From positions 5,056,001 through 5,120,000 of the forward strand of contig OZ242311.1 of assembly GCA_965207885.1 (NCBI GenBank): DNA of 64,000 bases, written 5' to 3'. The first letter of the stretch is position 1. Each line of letters opens with the position of its first letter. Positions 47,699-57,423 of this stretch are shown here, in pieces. Under the pieces are notes generated by a model. It worked only from the letters and a program-made list of their open reading frames with translations. It did not search any database and was not told the origin of the DNA. This DNA is from Candidatus Latescibacterota bacterium. GTDB lineage: Bacteria; Latescibacterota; UBA2968. The position numbers were made by a program, and so were the translations under genes.

Positions 47699-49138
47699 TC
47701 AACCTGCGCGGTGGTCCAAAACGACCGCTTTGAGCTGAGCCACAACCTCCCCATAGGCGGGATCTTCCACACAATTATTCAACTCGCCCGGATCTCTCGC
47801 CAGATCGTACAACTCACAGGGCGTCTCCGTTGGAACATGCAACGTAAAGCGATAGCCTTCATTTCGCACTCCGGTCCAATCCTCAATCGTCGAAAACACG
47901 TACTCATATCCGCCAGAACCGTGTTCCAACATCGGCAACAGTGATTGTCCGCGGGCACCTTCGGGCGGTGCCACCTGCCCAATCTCTGCAATTGTCGAAA
48001 CCACATCGATCAACTGCGTGAAATCGCTACAAACCCCTCGGCTCTTGCGATCCGGCGGACTGACAATCAGCGGAACCTGAACCGAACCCTCGTAAAAACA
48101 GTGCTTTGCCCACAAATGGTGTTCGCCGAGCATCTCGCCGTGGTCCGCGCTGTAAATAATCCACGTATTGTCCAGTTCCCCCAACTTATCCAGCGTATCA
48201 ATCACCTCGCCAATCTTCTGATCGACCAGAGAAACAGCACCCAGATAATGCCTGATACCTTCGCGCACAAAATCATCCGTCATCGTCTGAACCTGAGAAT
48301 GCGCCTTGAGCCGTTTGACCTTTCCAGCCCAAACCTCATTCGTGGCTCGCGGCATCGTCATATCCGGCAATTCGATATCCGCATCTGCATAATAAGCCGC
48401 CCAAATCGGATCATCCATCAGCGGAACATGCGGCTGCACAAAACCCAGATGAAGATAAAACGGCTTCTCGGAATCGCGCGACTGCAACCAATCCATCGCG
48501 TGATCGGCAATAAAACTGGACAACTCGCATTCTTGCGGCAACACACTCGTCTCGCCCCGCCAGTGCGTGGGCGTAAGCCTGTAAATCCCCTGGATCTGTT
48601 CCTGATGCGCCTCCAGAAGACCCCGCGCATCGAGAAAATCCATATACGGACTTTTCACATGGCTCTGAACATGTCCATACCGATCGTATTCCTCCATCAC
48701 ATAATCCCACCCAAAATCCTTCACAAAATCCCCAAACTGCCGCGTATCGAAATTTTCCCCGCGTTCTCCCGCCTCCTGAGAACCGGGCCGCCCGTGATAG
48801 TGCGTCTTGCCAATCGACGCGGTCTCATACCCCCCGCCCTGCAACTGCTTCATAACCGTCGGCCATGCGGGTTTAAAAGGACTATCATCAACCGTATCCC
48901 CGCGATCAGCCGTAACATTGGACGTAAATCCCAACTCATGAGTATATCGCCCCGTAATCATCGTAGCCCTGCACGGCATACAAACCGGACACTGCGTCCA
49001 CGTCCGCTCAAAACGCATGCCCCAATCCGTTAGTCGATCCAGATTCGGCGTCTGGACCAGCGAATGCCCGGCACAGCCCAGCACATCGTGGCGGTGTTGA
49101 TCGCTAAAAATGAACAGAATATTGGGCTTCTTTGCCAT
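47699..49138 (-). CDS. Sulfatase (formylglycine-dependent, Cys type)
   Basis: PNILFIFSDQHR, CMPCR (CxPxR), GKTH, PHVP, ADHGEMLGEH, ELYDL..DP.E. Confidence 0.93.
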   Translation of the reverse strand: MAKKPNILFIFSDQHRHDVLGCAGHSLVQTPNLDRLTDWGMRFERTWTQCPVCMPCRATMITGRYTHELGFTSNVTADRGDTVDDSPFKPAWPTVMKQLQGGGYETASIGKTHYHGRPGSQEAGERGENFDTRQFGDFVKDFGWDYVMEEYDRYGHVQSHVKSPYMDFLDARGLLEAHQEQIQGIYRLTPTHWRGETSVLPQECELSSFIADHAMDWLQSRDSEKPFYLHLGFVQPHVPLMDDPIWAAYYADADIELPDMTMPRATNEVWAGKVKRLKAHSQVQTMTDDFVREGIRHYLGAVSLVDQKIGEVIDTLDKLGELDNTWIIYSADHGEMLGEHHLWAKHCFYEGSVQVPLIVSPPDRKSRGVCSDFTQLIDVVSTIAEIGQVAPPEGARGQSLLPMLEHGSGGYEYVFSTIEDWTGVRNEGYRFTLHVPTETPCELYDLARDPGELNNCVEDPAYGEVVAQLKAVVLDHRAG

Positions 49139-49151
49139 CGACCTTCCTCCC

Positions 49152-50048
49152 TCACACAGGCATCTGCCTGCCCGAAATTGCACGACCAATTCTCGCCTGA
49201 TCTTCTCCGCCGCCAGAGAGAATCCTGACGCCCCAATCCATCAAAAACCGAATATTTTCCTCCGTACTCTTTGAAGAATCCTTCCACGAACACAAAAAAT
49301 GAATCCCATTCTCATCACACGCACCCTTCACAATACTTCGAGCCTCCTCCATAACCGGCGGATACGGTGGATCGTGGGCATCGGCAAAACCGTAGGACAT
49401 GCCCATATCCCCCGGTCCCCACTCCGCGAATGCCAGACCCGGGACCTTGCATATATACTCGGCATTCGCAACACACTCCCTATCCTCAATTTTAAGCCCC
49501 AGCATCAACTCGCCATCTGGATTCAGCGGCCATGGATCCGCTACCTGCGTGTACTCCGGTCCTTTAAGCCCCCAGATACCCGCAGCATATCCCTGTCCCC
49601 CCGCCCCGCGCTGCCCCTGCACCAATCCGCGATCCAGTCCAGCTGTTTGAAAAGGATACCTGCACTCCTCGACAAACGCCCTCACTGCATCCGCCTGCCG
49701 CGCGTGCGTATGCAAAATACCGTGAACCCCCGAACTCAAAACATGCCTGACCTGCCACGCATTGGCGCGAACCTCATGCACAGTGCGACAATTGGACGGC
49801 AGCGTCGCAAACACAGTCGGCGTGCGATGCCCCGAATTTGTGGGACCGCCATCCACCAGCCCTTGCATAAACGCGCGAAGACCAACCACATCAAACGGAC
49901 TGTGCTCGTAATCCACCATCAAAAAATCCGCCCACGTCTTTGCCTGCTTCTTCCCATTCTCATACGTAAGAGGGCCAGCACCCGTATAATAGAGATACTC
50001 GCCCTGTTCGAGAAGCTCAATACATCTGTTAATCCGTTTCTTTCCCAT
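49152..50048 (-). CDS. HpcH/HpaI aldolase family protein
   Basis: DYEH, GQRG, LKIE, WGPGDMGMS. Confidence 0.85.
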   Translation of the reverse strand: MGKKRINRCIELLEQGEYLYYTGAGPLTYENGKKQAKTWADFLMVDYEHSPFDVVGLRAFMQGLVDGGPTNSGHRTPTVFATLPSNCRTVHEVRANAWQVRHVLSSGVHGILHTHARQADAVRAFVEECRYPFQTAGLDRGLVQGQRGAGGQGYAAGIWGLKGPEYTQVADPWPLNPDGELMLGLKIEDRECVANAEYICKVPGLAFAEWGPGDMGMSYGFADAHDPPYPPVMEEARSIVKGACDENGIHFLCSWKDSSKSTEENIRFLMDWGVRILSGGGEDQARIGRAISGRQMPV

Positions 50049-50083
50049 TATTCGCTCCTATTGGTTATAGAGATCCCTTGTCC

Positions 50084-52063
50084 TCAAAAATCATGCACGA
50101 CGTGACCGTGCCCATAAAAAAAGAGATGATCGATCAAAGTCGAAAAAAACACCGCAAAAGCATAGCCCACCATCAAACCAATAAAAAACGGCTGCCCCCT
50201 GCGGTACATTGCAACGCCCCCAAACTTCAGAATAAGCGACTTATAAACCCACACCATAAAAACCGGAAACACCAGACGACGCGCCATATACATACCTTGC
50301 AGCGCCAGACCAACAGCGGGCAAAGGCCACCAGATAAAATTGTACCGCAAAAAAGTCAACAACAACACAATCGCCATCCCAGACCCGGCAAACGTGAGCC
50401 TGTCCCAATCCGGCGGTTGGGGATTTCTGATCCACGTCACGGCTTTTTGATAATTATTCCGAACGCCTGCCACCCTCGTCAACCCCCCCAGATTATATCC
50501 GCCGTGCCGATAGGCAGTATAAACCGTATCGCCGATGGATACGAAAAACCCCAACACCAATGCAATTGCAATCGCACCGATCAAGCGATTCCGCCGAAAC
50601 TTCAACCCACTCGTCAGCTTCAGTGCCTGTGCCAGAGGCGGACCGAGAAACCCGCGCGTCGTGGCAAAAAGCGCATAGATAAACCCCTGACTCACCATAG
50701 AAGGCGCTGAAATCGCACGCGATCCCAAAATATAAATAGGCGCAAAATTCAGCGCCGTATCCGAGATATTCGCATAGGGCAACCCCATCTCAGCCACAAT
50801 CCGGGACAGTCCGATATAAGCTGCCACAGCAAAAAACATATACAGCACCAGCACCTTCAATTCCATACCCGCCAGATGCAACCATCCACCCACAAAAAGA
50901 AGTCCAATTCCCAGACCAAACACCGCCGTGCGATAAGACAACACCTCGCGCGAATCATCCACCTCAGCATCACCCTTAAATGCCTTCCGAAACACCGCCT
51001 TCAAATGACCCCGCGACATCCACAAACTCACCAGCACAATCATCACAAACGCGCCAAAACTCTGAGACCGAACCGCCTCCAGCCCCCCTTGCCCAACAGA
51101 AGACCCCACGCCAAGACGGTCAAACACAGACATCTCTATACCCGTCAAAACAAAAAACACCCAAAAACTGAACAGAGCCTCCACACGCGCAAAATAGGCA
51201 AAACCAATAATATAAATACTGATCTGCACCCAAAACGTCGGCGCGCCATCCATCCAGCGCAACCAACTGGCGGCATTTGGCGTTGTGGGCAAACGCGGTA
51301 TCAAAGGATAAAAAAACGTCACAATATTCCACAAAACAGCTATAGCACCTAAGAAACAGCCAATCTTAAACCCCCGCTGCCGAACCATATGCGCCATACC
51401 CTCCGCATCATCTGACCCGGCAGCCATCTTAATGCTCACATTCATCAGTGGATATTCCAACCGCTCATTTTCCACCCACTGCTTCCGCAAAATCACCATA
51501 ATACACAACGTCAGCCAACCAATTGCAAAAATCAACGACCCCCACCAGAAAATCGGCACCACCCACGCACCCCACGGAATCGGTTGATGCGGTGCAAGCC
51601 CCTCGTAAAACAGCGTAGCCGCCCCATCTTCATTGTGCAAAACAATCCACCTGGGAATATGCTCGTGCAAAAGCTCGCGCCAGCCATTCTCCGGCGTATC
51701 CAGATAAAAGGGCGCCGCAATCACCGTAGGCAAAAAACTCGCCAGACCAAAAAATGGGAAAAACGCCCCAATCAATCCCATACCGAGCGCAACCTGCAAC
51801 TCAGCCTGAGAAAGAGCCCACCTGCTCTTTGCCCGATCAAACGCGATATTTGCCAACACCAGAACCACATACACAAAAAACAGCCCCATCGGCAGATAGG
51901 ACTTATTCATACGAGAAGCCAGATGCAACATGCCCCATGTGATATAGGCATCAGATAGCAGAATGACCACAATACCCACCAAAATAGACTTCAGCGTAAC
52001 AGCTTCTCTTACAAACCGGGTGGGTTCAACAGATGGATGTCTTTCTTGTGCCATAGTAATCAA
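50084..52063 (-). CDS. Polytopic membrane protein (DUF6785/DUF6784-like, putative transporter)
   Basis: Many TM helices; RKQWVENERLEYPL, SRIVAEMG and WWPLPAVG motifs. Confidence 0.7.
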   Translation of the reverse strand: MITMAQERHPSVEPTRFVREAVTLKSILVGIVVILLSDAYITWGMLHLASRMNKSYLPMGLFFVYVVLVLANIAFDRAKSRWALSQAELQVALGMGLIGAFFPFFGLASFLPTVIAAPFYLDTPENGWRELLHEHIPRWIVLHNEDGAATLFYEGLAPHQPIPWGAWVVPIFWWGSLIFAIGWLTLCIMVILRKQWVENERLEYPLMNVSIKMAAGSDDAEGMAHMVRQRGFKIGCFLGAIAVLWNIVTFFYPLIPRLPTTPNAASWLRWMDGAPTFWVQISIYIIGFAYFARVEALFSFWVFFVLTGIEMSVFDRLGVGSSVGQGGLEAVRSQSFGAFVMIVLVSLWMSRGHLKAVFRKAFKGDAEVDDSREVLSYRTAVFGLGIGLLFVGGWLHLAGMELKVLVLYMFFAVAAYIGLSRIVAEMGLPYANISDTALNFAPIYILGSRAISAPSMVSQGFIYALFATTRGFLGPPLAQALKLTSGLKFRRNRLIGAIAIALVLGFFVSIGDTVYTAYRHGGYNLGGLTRVAGVRNNYQKAVTWIRNPQPPDWDRLTFAGSGMAIVLLLTFLRYNFIWWPLPAVGLALQGMYMARRLVFPVFMVWVYKSLILKFGGVAMYRRGQPFFIGLMVGYAFAVFFSTLIDHLFFYGHGHVVHDF

Positions 52064-53130
52064 TTCTTATTCAGACAATCGGCGAGGATTGAAAGGATCT
52101 CCGCAACAGCGTCGCGCCTGCGCCAATCAGACATGGACTGACGCAACACATCGCTTTGATCGCACAAATCGCGAATCGCTTTGCAAAGCACATCCGGCGT
52201 AAGCCCCTCTTCTGAAAGCACGAGACTATAACCGGCATTTCGAAAAGCCTCGGCATTCTCGATTTGATCTCCGCGACTGGCTTGCAGGGAAAGGGGGATC
52301 AAAAGCGCGGGTTTTTGAAGCGAGAGAAATTCAAAAAGTGCGGTAGCACCTGCGCGAGAAACAATAAAATCGGCCGCCGCAAAAAGATGAGGCAAGTCAT
52401 CCGCGACATATTCAAACTGCGCGTAGCCTTCGGTCTGTTCAAGAGCCGGGTCGAGATTGCCCTGCCCGCACAGATGACAAATCTGGTAATCGACAAGCAA
52501 CTCGGGGAGAGCAGCGCGAACTGCCGCGTTAATCGCACGCGACCCCAGACTCCCCCCCATAATGAGAATAACGGGTTTCCCAGACGCAAACGCGCACAAA
52601 TCTCGCCCTCCTTGGGCATCTCCATCTCCCAACTCTGCGCGAACGGGAATACCCGTATGAACCGCTTTTTCAGCAGGCAAATATCTGGCTGTCTCCGCAA
52701 AAGCGTAACAAATACGCCGGGCAAATGGAAGAGCGAGCTTATTGGCCAAACCCGGCGTGAGATCCGATTCGTGACACACCACGGGAATACCCAGCAACCA
52801 CGCAGCCCAAATAATAGGCGGCGTAACAAATCCCCCCTTACTAAAAACAATATCGGGTCTAATACGGGCGAGAAGCAACAGCGACTTGAGAAACCCAAAC
52901 TTGATGCGGGCCAGATCAGTAAAATTTTGCCAATCCAGATAGCGGCGGAGTTTGCCTGCGGGAACCGCGTAATAGGGAATGCCCTCCCGCGCGATCAATA
53001 CTTGCTCAATACCGTCCCGCGTGCCGATATAATGCACATCGTATCCAGCATCGCGCAAAGCGGGCAACAGCGCGATATTGGGCGTAACATGCCCGGCAGT
53101 ACCGCCGCCAATGAGGACAATAGTAGGCAA
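52060..53130 (-). CDS. murG: Undecaprenyl-PP-MurNAc-pentapeptide GlcNAc transferase
   Basis: GGGTAGHVTP, KGGFV, HESD..PGLAN, TGIPVR, GGSLG, SRAGA, DQ.ENA. Confidence 0.93.
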   Translation of the reverse strand: MPTIVLIGGGTAGHVTPNIALLPALRDAGYDVHYIGTRDGIEQVLIAREGIPYYAVPAGKLRRYLDWQNFTDLARIKFGFLKSLLLLARIRPDIVFSKGGFVTPPIIWAAWLLGIPVVCHESDLTPGLANKLALPFARRICYAFAETARYLPAEKAVHTGIPVRAELGDGDAQGGRDLCAFASGKPVILIMGGSLGSRAINAAVRAALPELLVDYQICHLCGQGNLDPALEQTEGYAQFEYVADDLPHLFAAADFIVSRAGATALFEFLSLQKPALLIPLSLQASRGDQIENAEAFRNAGYSLVLSEEGLTPDVLCKAIRDLCDQSDVLRQSMSDWRRRDAVAEILSILADCLNKN

Positions 53131-53159
53131 GAAAAACTCCTATATGGTCGGAATCGTTA

Positions 53160-54110
53160 TCACGCAAAAATATCGGCCATGGCATTTGGTTCGTGCCACT
53201 GGCGTTGTTCTTCGATCCACTTGTGCGGCTTAAACGCCCTGGCAACATCTTCTATAGCAGTTCCGAGAATATTGATATTGTTGAGATCGGTCACACCAAT
53301 GCCGAGTTGATTGGCATAATAGAGCAACCCCTGCTTGGCGGGTTCAAAACCCATAACACTGGTCATAACCGCATCCACAGCAAAAACATCTACACTCGCC
53401 GCGGCAACGCCCAGATCAACCGAATCCGTCCCCCCGGGACCATTGCCCTGCAAACCGACAGTACCATCGATCACGCCGATATCCGGTGCCAGATATTTGG
53501 CGAGCCGAATAAGATTGACATTGAGTCGTTTGGACTCATTGGGACGCAAGCGTTCTGGATGCGAGGGAAACCCGTGCATCTTAACGCGGTCCACTTTGCG
53601 TATCGTACCCATAATCATATTCTTGAGCGCGAGCGTAACAACCGTGACATCGTGTGTCTTAGCTACCGCCATTGAAATCGTACAGGGACACTCCAGCACG
53701 GTCTTGGGCATGTGTATATCGTATTCAGTGCGGTCATCGAGGAAAATCGGCACAGACTCCCATCGGGTCTCAGAATTGAGATCAATGAGCCGAATGGGAA
53801 CATCGTATTCCTCTATCAAAGCGTGATACCCAAAATTGTCAAAAGCCTCTCCCGGAATATCTTCATTACCCCCCTCGGCAATGAGAATCTCATCCGGAGG
53901 ATTGGGCGTGGTAAGCAAAAAATCAATAGCCCCTCGCATCGCATCGGGATGAGAAGACGCCAGTTGATTTTTAGATGAAAGAAAATTGGGCTTGAGCATC
54001 ACCTGCTCAGCCAGCTTGGGAATTACATCATCGCGGATGAGATCGAGAGAGCCAAATACATTCTGGCGGTGATTCTCGCGGCGGGCAAGACCAACATTAA
54101 TTCTGGACAT
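53160..54110 (-). CDS. DUF362-domain protein
   Basis: LKPN, AEG, KTH..VTLALKN, IDG..G.QGNGP, AVD. Confidence 0.85.
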   Translation of the reverse strand: MSRINVGLARRENHRQNVFGSLDLIRDDVIPKLAEQVMLKPNFLSSKNQLASSHPDAMRGAIDFLLTTPNPPDEILIAEGGNEDIPGEAFDNFGYHALIEEYDVPIRLIDLNSETRWESVPIFLDDRTEYDIHMPKTVLECPCTISMAVAKTHDVTVVTLALKNMIMGTIRKVDRVKMHGFPSHPERLRPNESKRLNVNLIRLAKYLAPDIGVIDGTVGLQGNGPGGTDSVDLGVAAASVDVFAVDAVMTSVMGFEPAKQGLLYYANQLGIGVTDLNNINILGTAIEDVARAFKPHKWIEEQRQWHEPNAMADIFA

Positions 54111-54138
54111 AAGAAACTCCTTTTATTGATTGCTGAAT

Positions 54139-55881
54139 CTATCTCTCCCATGGAAACGCAAAAGTGGGCGAATTGACATAGCGTTCTGTTTTAAGTGCAA
54201 ATCGCGCGCCACAGCCGGGACCAAGGCGAACGGACATCCACGATGCGTCGAGATCAGATGTACTGCCATCGACCTCCGCAGCAATAATCTGGTGTTCGGC
54301 ATAAGCACCGCCCTGGATAATGAGATCGCGGTATTCGGTCTGATTGACATTCACGAGTGATAACACAACACCATCCGCGGTCAGCGACTCGACGAGAGCA
54401 GCCACATCAGACGGCAACCCGGGACGGCGATTTTCGGGATCAAAATAACGCACGCGACAATGCAGGGGTTCGCCGTGACGCGGTGCCAGACCACCCAGTT
54501 GGAGTTGGATAAGCGCATTCACAGTAGTTGCGGGATTGTACGGCAATGGATCGTCGGACAACCGGGTATCCGTAGAAGACGTATCATTGCGCACATTTTC
54601 CATCTTCCCGCGAATCGCGCTCAACGCATTTCGCAAGGTACGCGCAGGATGATCGGGATTATCTCCTCGCAGATAGTCTATCCATGGATCTGCGGAAATG
54701 TACTCAAGATCGGCATCATCCATTGTCCAGTAATACACATCGAGCGCACCCTGATTAAAGGGCTGGGAGCTATAGCTATACCAACCATCGTCCCCGTGCA
54801 TATGCGGATATTGTATTTCCCCATCGACATCCTTGCTATTGCTATTCACCGCATTGATCATAGTGCGCCAGACAATGGGATATTTCTGATCACCCGTCAT
54901 AAGCAAAGCATTGCCAAACCCCGCAACACCGCGTGCTATGGAATTGCGGTTAGCCAGATCCCCCGTTTGCGGCACAACCACGGTAAATCCCCATCCGTAA
55001 CAGCCGCCATACCATTTGCCATCACATGCACCGCCAATCGTACCGTCAAGACCGATATTGGACGGGATAATACCATTATTCTCAGCCGCACGCTCAGCCC
55101 ACGCATCCACGTATCCCAGCAACCATGAGCGGTATTTCTCCTCACCAGCCAGCGCAAAAGCATTGAGACCCAGCGTAGTCGCCGCCAGATTCAGGGGATG
55201 ATCGCCAATCACATCGGTATAATCTTCAAAATGCATAAGCATCTCTTCAAAATTGCGCTCACCGTGGCGCGGCGCGGGAAAGCGCCCCTCGACCTCAAAG
55301 GGATCCCCTGCCCAATCCAGCCCCGTGGCTTTCCGCAACAAAGGTCCCCGACTGCCATTGAAAAGACTACGGATTACTTTGTGCTCGGGATCGTAATTCT
55401 TCGCCTGTGGATCTTCATCCATATAAAAACCAGCGTACCGACGCACGCGATGACCAAAAGTAACCTCATGCGGATCGGACAGACCCTGCAAATTAAAAAT
55501 AGTGAGCGATTCCCCGTGATGGAACCAATCGAAGCATGCGGGAAACTCCTTGTAATACATACCGTCACGCCCGATAGGCACAACCTCGGTCTTCGCCTCG
55601 GAATACTGTTCGATATGCCCTTCCCACGCCTGCTTGTAAAGATCGAGAATATGCGTTGGTCCACCCAGCGTATGTACCATCGAATACCCGGTAAGATTTT
55701 CTATCGCATCATCTGGCCCATCATTACCCCCCCACCGCGGAATGCACTTGAGATACCCCCGACTATCGAAATACCGATGATAAAAAACCTCGCACGCCGT
55801 AGCCTGCGCGCGCATCAGTTCGCGTTGCAAAAGTGCCCACTCAGGAGGGGCAACAGGTGACGTAATATGTAAAACAGACAT
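54139..55881 (-). CDS. Conserved hypothetical protein (about 580 aa)
   Basis: Long ORF in operon with GAGGAG RBS; WGGNDGPDDAIE, DWFHHGE and RRPGLP.DVAALV motifs; function not recognised. Confidence 0.8.
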   Translation of the reverse strand: MSVLHITSPVAPPEWALLQRELMRAQATACEVFYHRYFDSRGYLKCIPRWGGNDGPDDAIENLTGYSMVHTLGGPTHILDLYKQAWEGHIEQYSEAKTEVVPIGRDGMYYKEFPACFDWFHHGESLTIFNLQGLSDPHEVTFGHRVRRYAGFYMDEDPQAKNYDPEHKVIRSLFNGSRGPLLRKATGLDWAGDPFEVEGRFPAPRHGERNFEEMLMHFEDYTDVIGDHPLNLAATTLGLNAFALAGEEKYRSWLLGYVDAWAERAAENNGIIPSNIGLDGTIGGACDGKWYGGCYGWGFTVVVPQTGDLANRNSIARGVAGFGNALLMTGDQKYPIVWRTMINAVNSNSKDVDGEIQYPHMHGDDGWYSYSSQPFNQGALDVYYWTMDDADLEYISADPWIDYLRGDNPDHPARTLRNALSAIRGKMENVRNDTSSTDTRLSDDPLPYNPATTVNALIQLQLGGLAPRHGEPLHCRVRYFDPENRRPGLPSDVAALVESLTADGVVLSLVNVNQTEYRDLIIQGGAYAEHQIIAAEVDGSTSDLDASWMSVRLGPGCGARFALKTERYVNSPTFAFPWER

Positions 55882-55891
55882 AAGACACTCC

Positions 55892-56821
55892 TCATTTTTC
55901 CCACGCGAGAGAATAATCGCGTTCTTCGGGCCTGGGATGACCCCCAGGACCATATCCCGCGTTAGATTGCGATTCTTCAGTTAGAGGAATAAATGTATGG
56001 GTTATACCAGCGTCTGTCACGTCAAAACGATAGAAGCCCAACGTAGGATCGCCATCATCCCATCGGTCAGCCGCCTGGGGCATCGCTATACCCGCGCAGC
56101 GGTAAAAGGAAATCCCCTCAACAACCTGGGGCGGACGGCGGCAGTGAATATGTCCACTCAAAACAATGGACACATCGGACTCTTTAAAAGCCTCAAAAAT
56201 GCGCTGTCTGTGCGGCGGATCAATCGAAAAATACCAGTCCCGGTACTCGTCCGCTTTTGTAATATCCCACTTGGGTTCGTCAAGCGTATCCATAAAAAGA
56301 GTATAATGCATCGTCACAACGTGATGCGCCGCACGAGGCAGAGACGGCAACTCACTTTCGAGCCAGTGCCACATGCGCGCCTCATGGGGCAATTCCGAAC
56401 CAGCCACAGCAGCATAAAATCCGCTAAAGCGCACATTCTTATGAATAAAGCTCCAGGGAAAATCGCCGAAAAAGGGCACAAACCGATCCAGCTGCTCGGC
56501 GGTGACATTCAGGCGAATATCTTCGCGCCCGGTAGCACCATTTTTATCGGTATGCTTGTTGCACGTATCCATATTGCCGGGAATCGCATAATACGGATAA
56601 GACAAAGCATCGAGCTCGCGCTTGGCAACTTCATACTCAAAGTCGTGGAGCGCCCCATCCCGCGTGAGATCGCCACCTACGAGCATCAGATCGACATCGG
56701 TAATACCTTGAATCTGTCGGTAAGCCGTCTGCCAATTGTCCATATTTCGCTGATTGAAGCGAAAAGACCGGGGCGAACCGGGCTGCATATCGCAGATATG
56801 GAGAAAAGACCAGGGTTCCAT
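55892..56821 (-). CDS. Calcineurin-like metallophosphoesterase
   Basis: HICDMQ, GGDLT, PGNMD, MHY, LSGHIH. Confidence 0.88.
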   Translation of the reverse strand: MEPWSFLHICDMQPGSPRSFRFNQRNMDNWQTAYRQIQGITDVDLMLVGGDLTRDGALHDFEYEVAKRELDALSYPYYAIPGNMDTCNKHTDKNGATGREDIRLNVTAEQLDRFVPFFGDFPWSFIHKNVRFSGFYAAVAGSELPHEARMWHWLESELPSLPRAAHHVVTMHYTLFMDTLDEPKWDITKADEYRDWYFSIDPPHRQRIFEAFKESDVSIVLSGHIHCRRPPQVVEGISFYRCAGIAMPQAADRWDDGDPTLGFYRFDVTDAGITHTFIPLTEESQSNAGYGPGGHPRPEERDYSLAWEK

Positions 56822-56935
56822 GGTGTCTCCTTTGGATAACTATTTGTAACGTTTCGCGTTCACGGATCAAAATTATGAATGGCTCTCCAGCCTTGTCAAC
56901 GACTTTCACGCACGCGGTCGCAAACAGCTATTAAT

Positions 56936-56974
56936 AAAAATGCCCCGGCATCAACTATGCCAGGGCATTTTTTT
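56936..56974. terminator. Intrinsic terminator hairpin (bidirectional type)
   Basis: AAAAATGCCCCGGCAT-CAACT-ATGCCAGGGCATTTTTTT. Confidence 0.8.
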
Positions 56975-57025
56975 ATGCGTGAGTGGCAAACCTCTTTGAC
57001 TCAAACGTGTAAAACAGGCAGAAAA

Positions 57026-57274
57026 TCACTCCTCATTTTGTTCCTCTTCTCGAATGGCTTCAAGTTCTGAAATTGCTTCGAGATCTTTGGGTCTGCCTGC
57101 CGCTCGCTTAACACGACGCCCGGCTTTTCTCAACTCCTGTGCAAAACGTTGGAGCTCCATCGCATTTTGCAGCCGTTCTTCATGAGAAAGTTTGAGATTC
57201 TTGCGAATAAGTGTTCGATCAACGTCCTTTTTGTACAACTCTATAACAGGATCGAGTCCGCTCGAATGGTTCAT
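57026..57274 (-). pseudogene. Probable fused relic of a small partner gene and a nucleotidyltransferase gene (TA-like pair)
   Basis: N-terminal DVDRTLIRKNLKLSHEERL resembles small NTase-partner proteins; C-terminal KRAAGRPKDLEAISELEAI resembles the end of MNT-like nucleotidyltransferases. Confidence 0.55.
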
Positions 57275-57291
57275 CTTTTTCCCCTTTTGTG

Positions 57292-57354
57292 GATTGTGAC
57301 TCTTCCGGCAGCAAAATAAATGTAGGGATTATACCAGCATCTGTCACGGCAAAA
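57292..57354 (-). repeat. Degenerate 63-bp copy of the 3' part of the metallophosphoesterase gene (55965-56027)
   Basis: AATAAATGTAGGGATTATACCAGCATCTGTCACGGCAAAA versus AATAAATGTATGGGTTATACCAGCGTCTGTCACGTCAAAA (36/40), extending ungapped to GATTG.GA.TCTTC. Confidence 0.8.
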
Positions 57355-57423
57355 GGTGATTCTAAAATTCAAGTTGTGAACAACGGCGCAATACTGCGTA
57401 ACATCCGTTTAAGCTGTTGTAGT

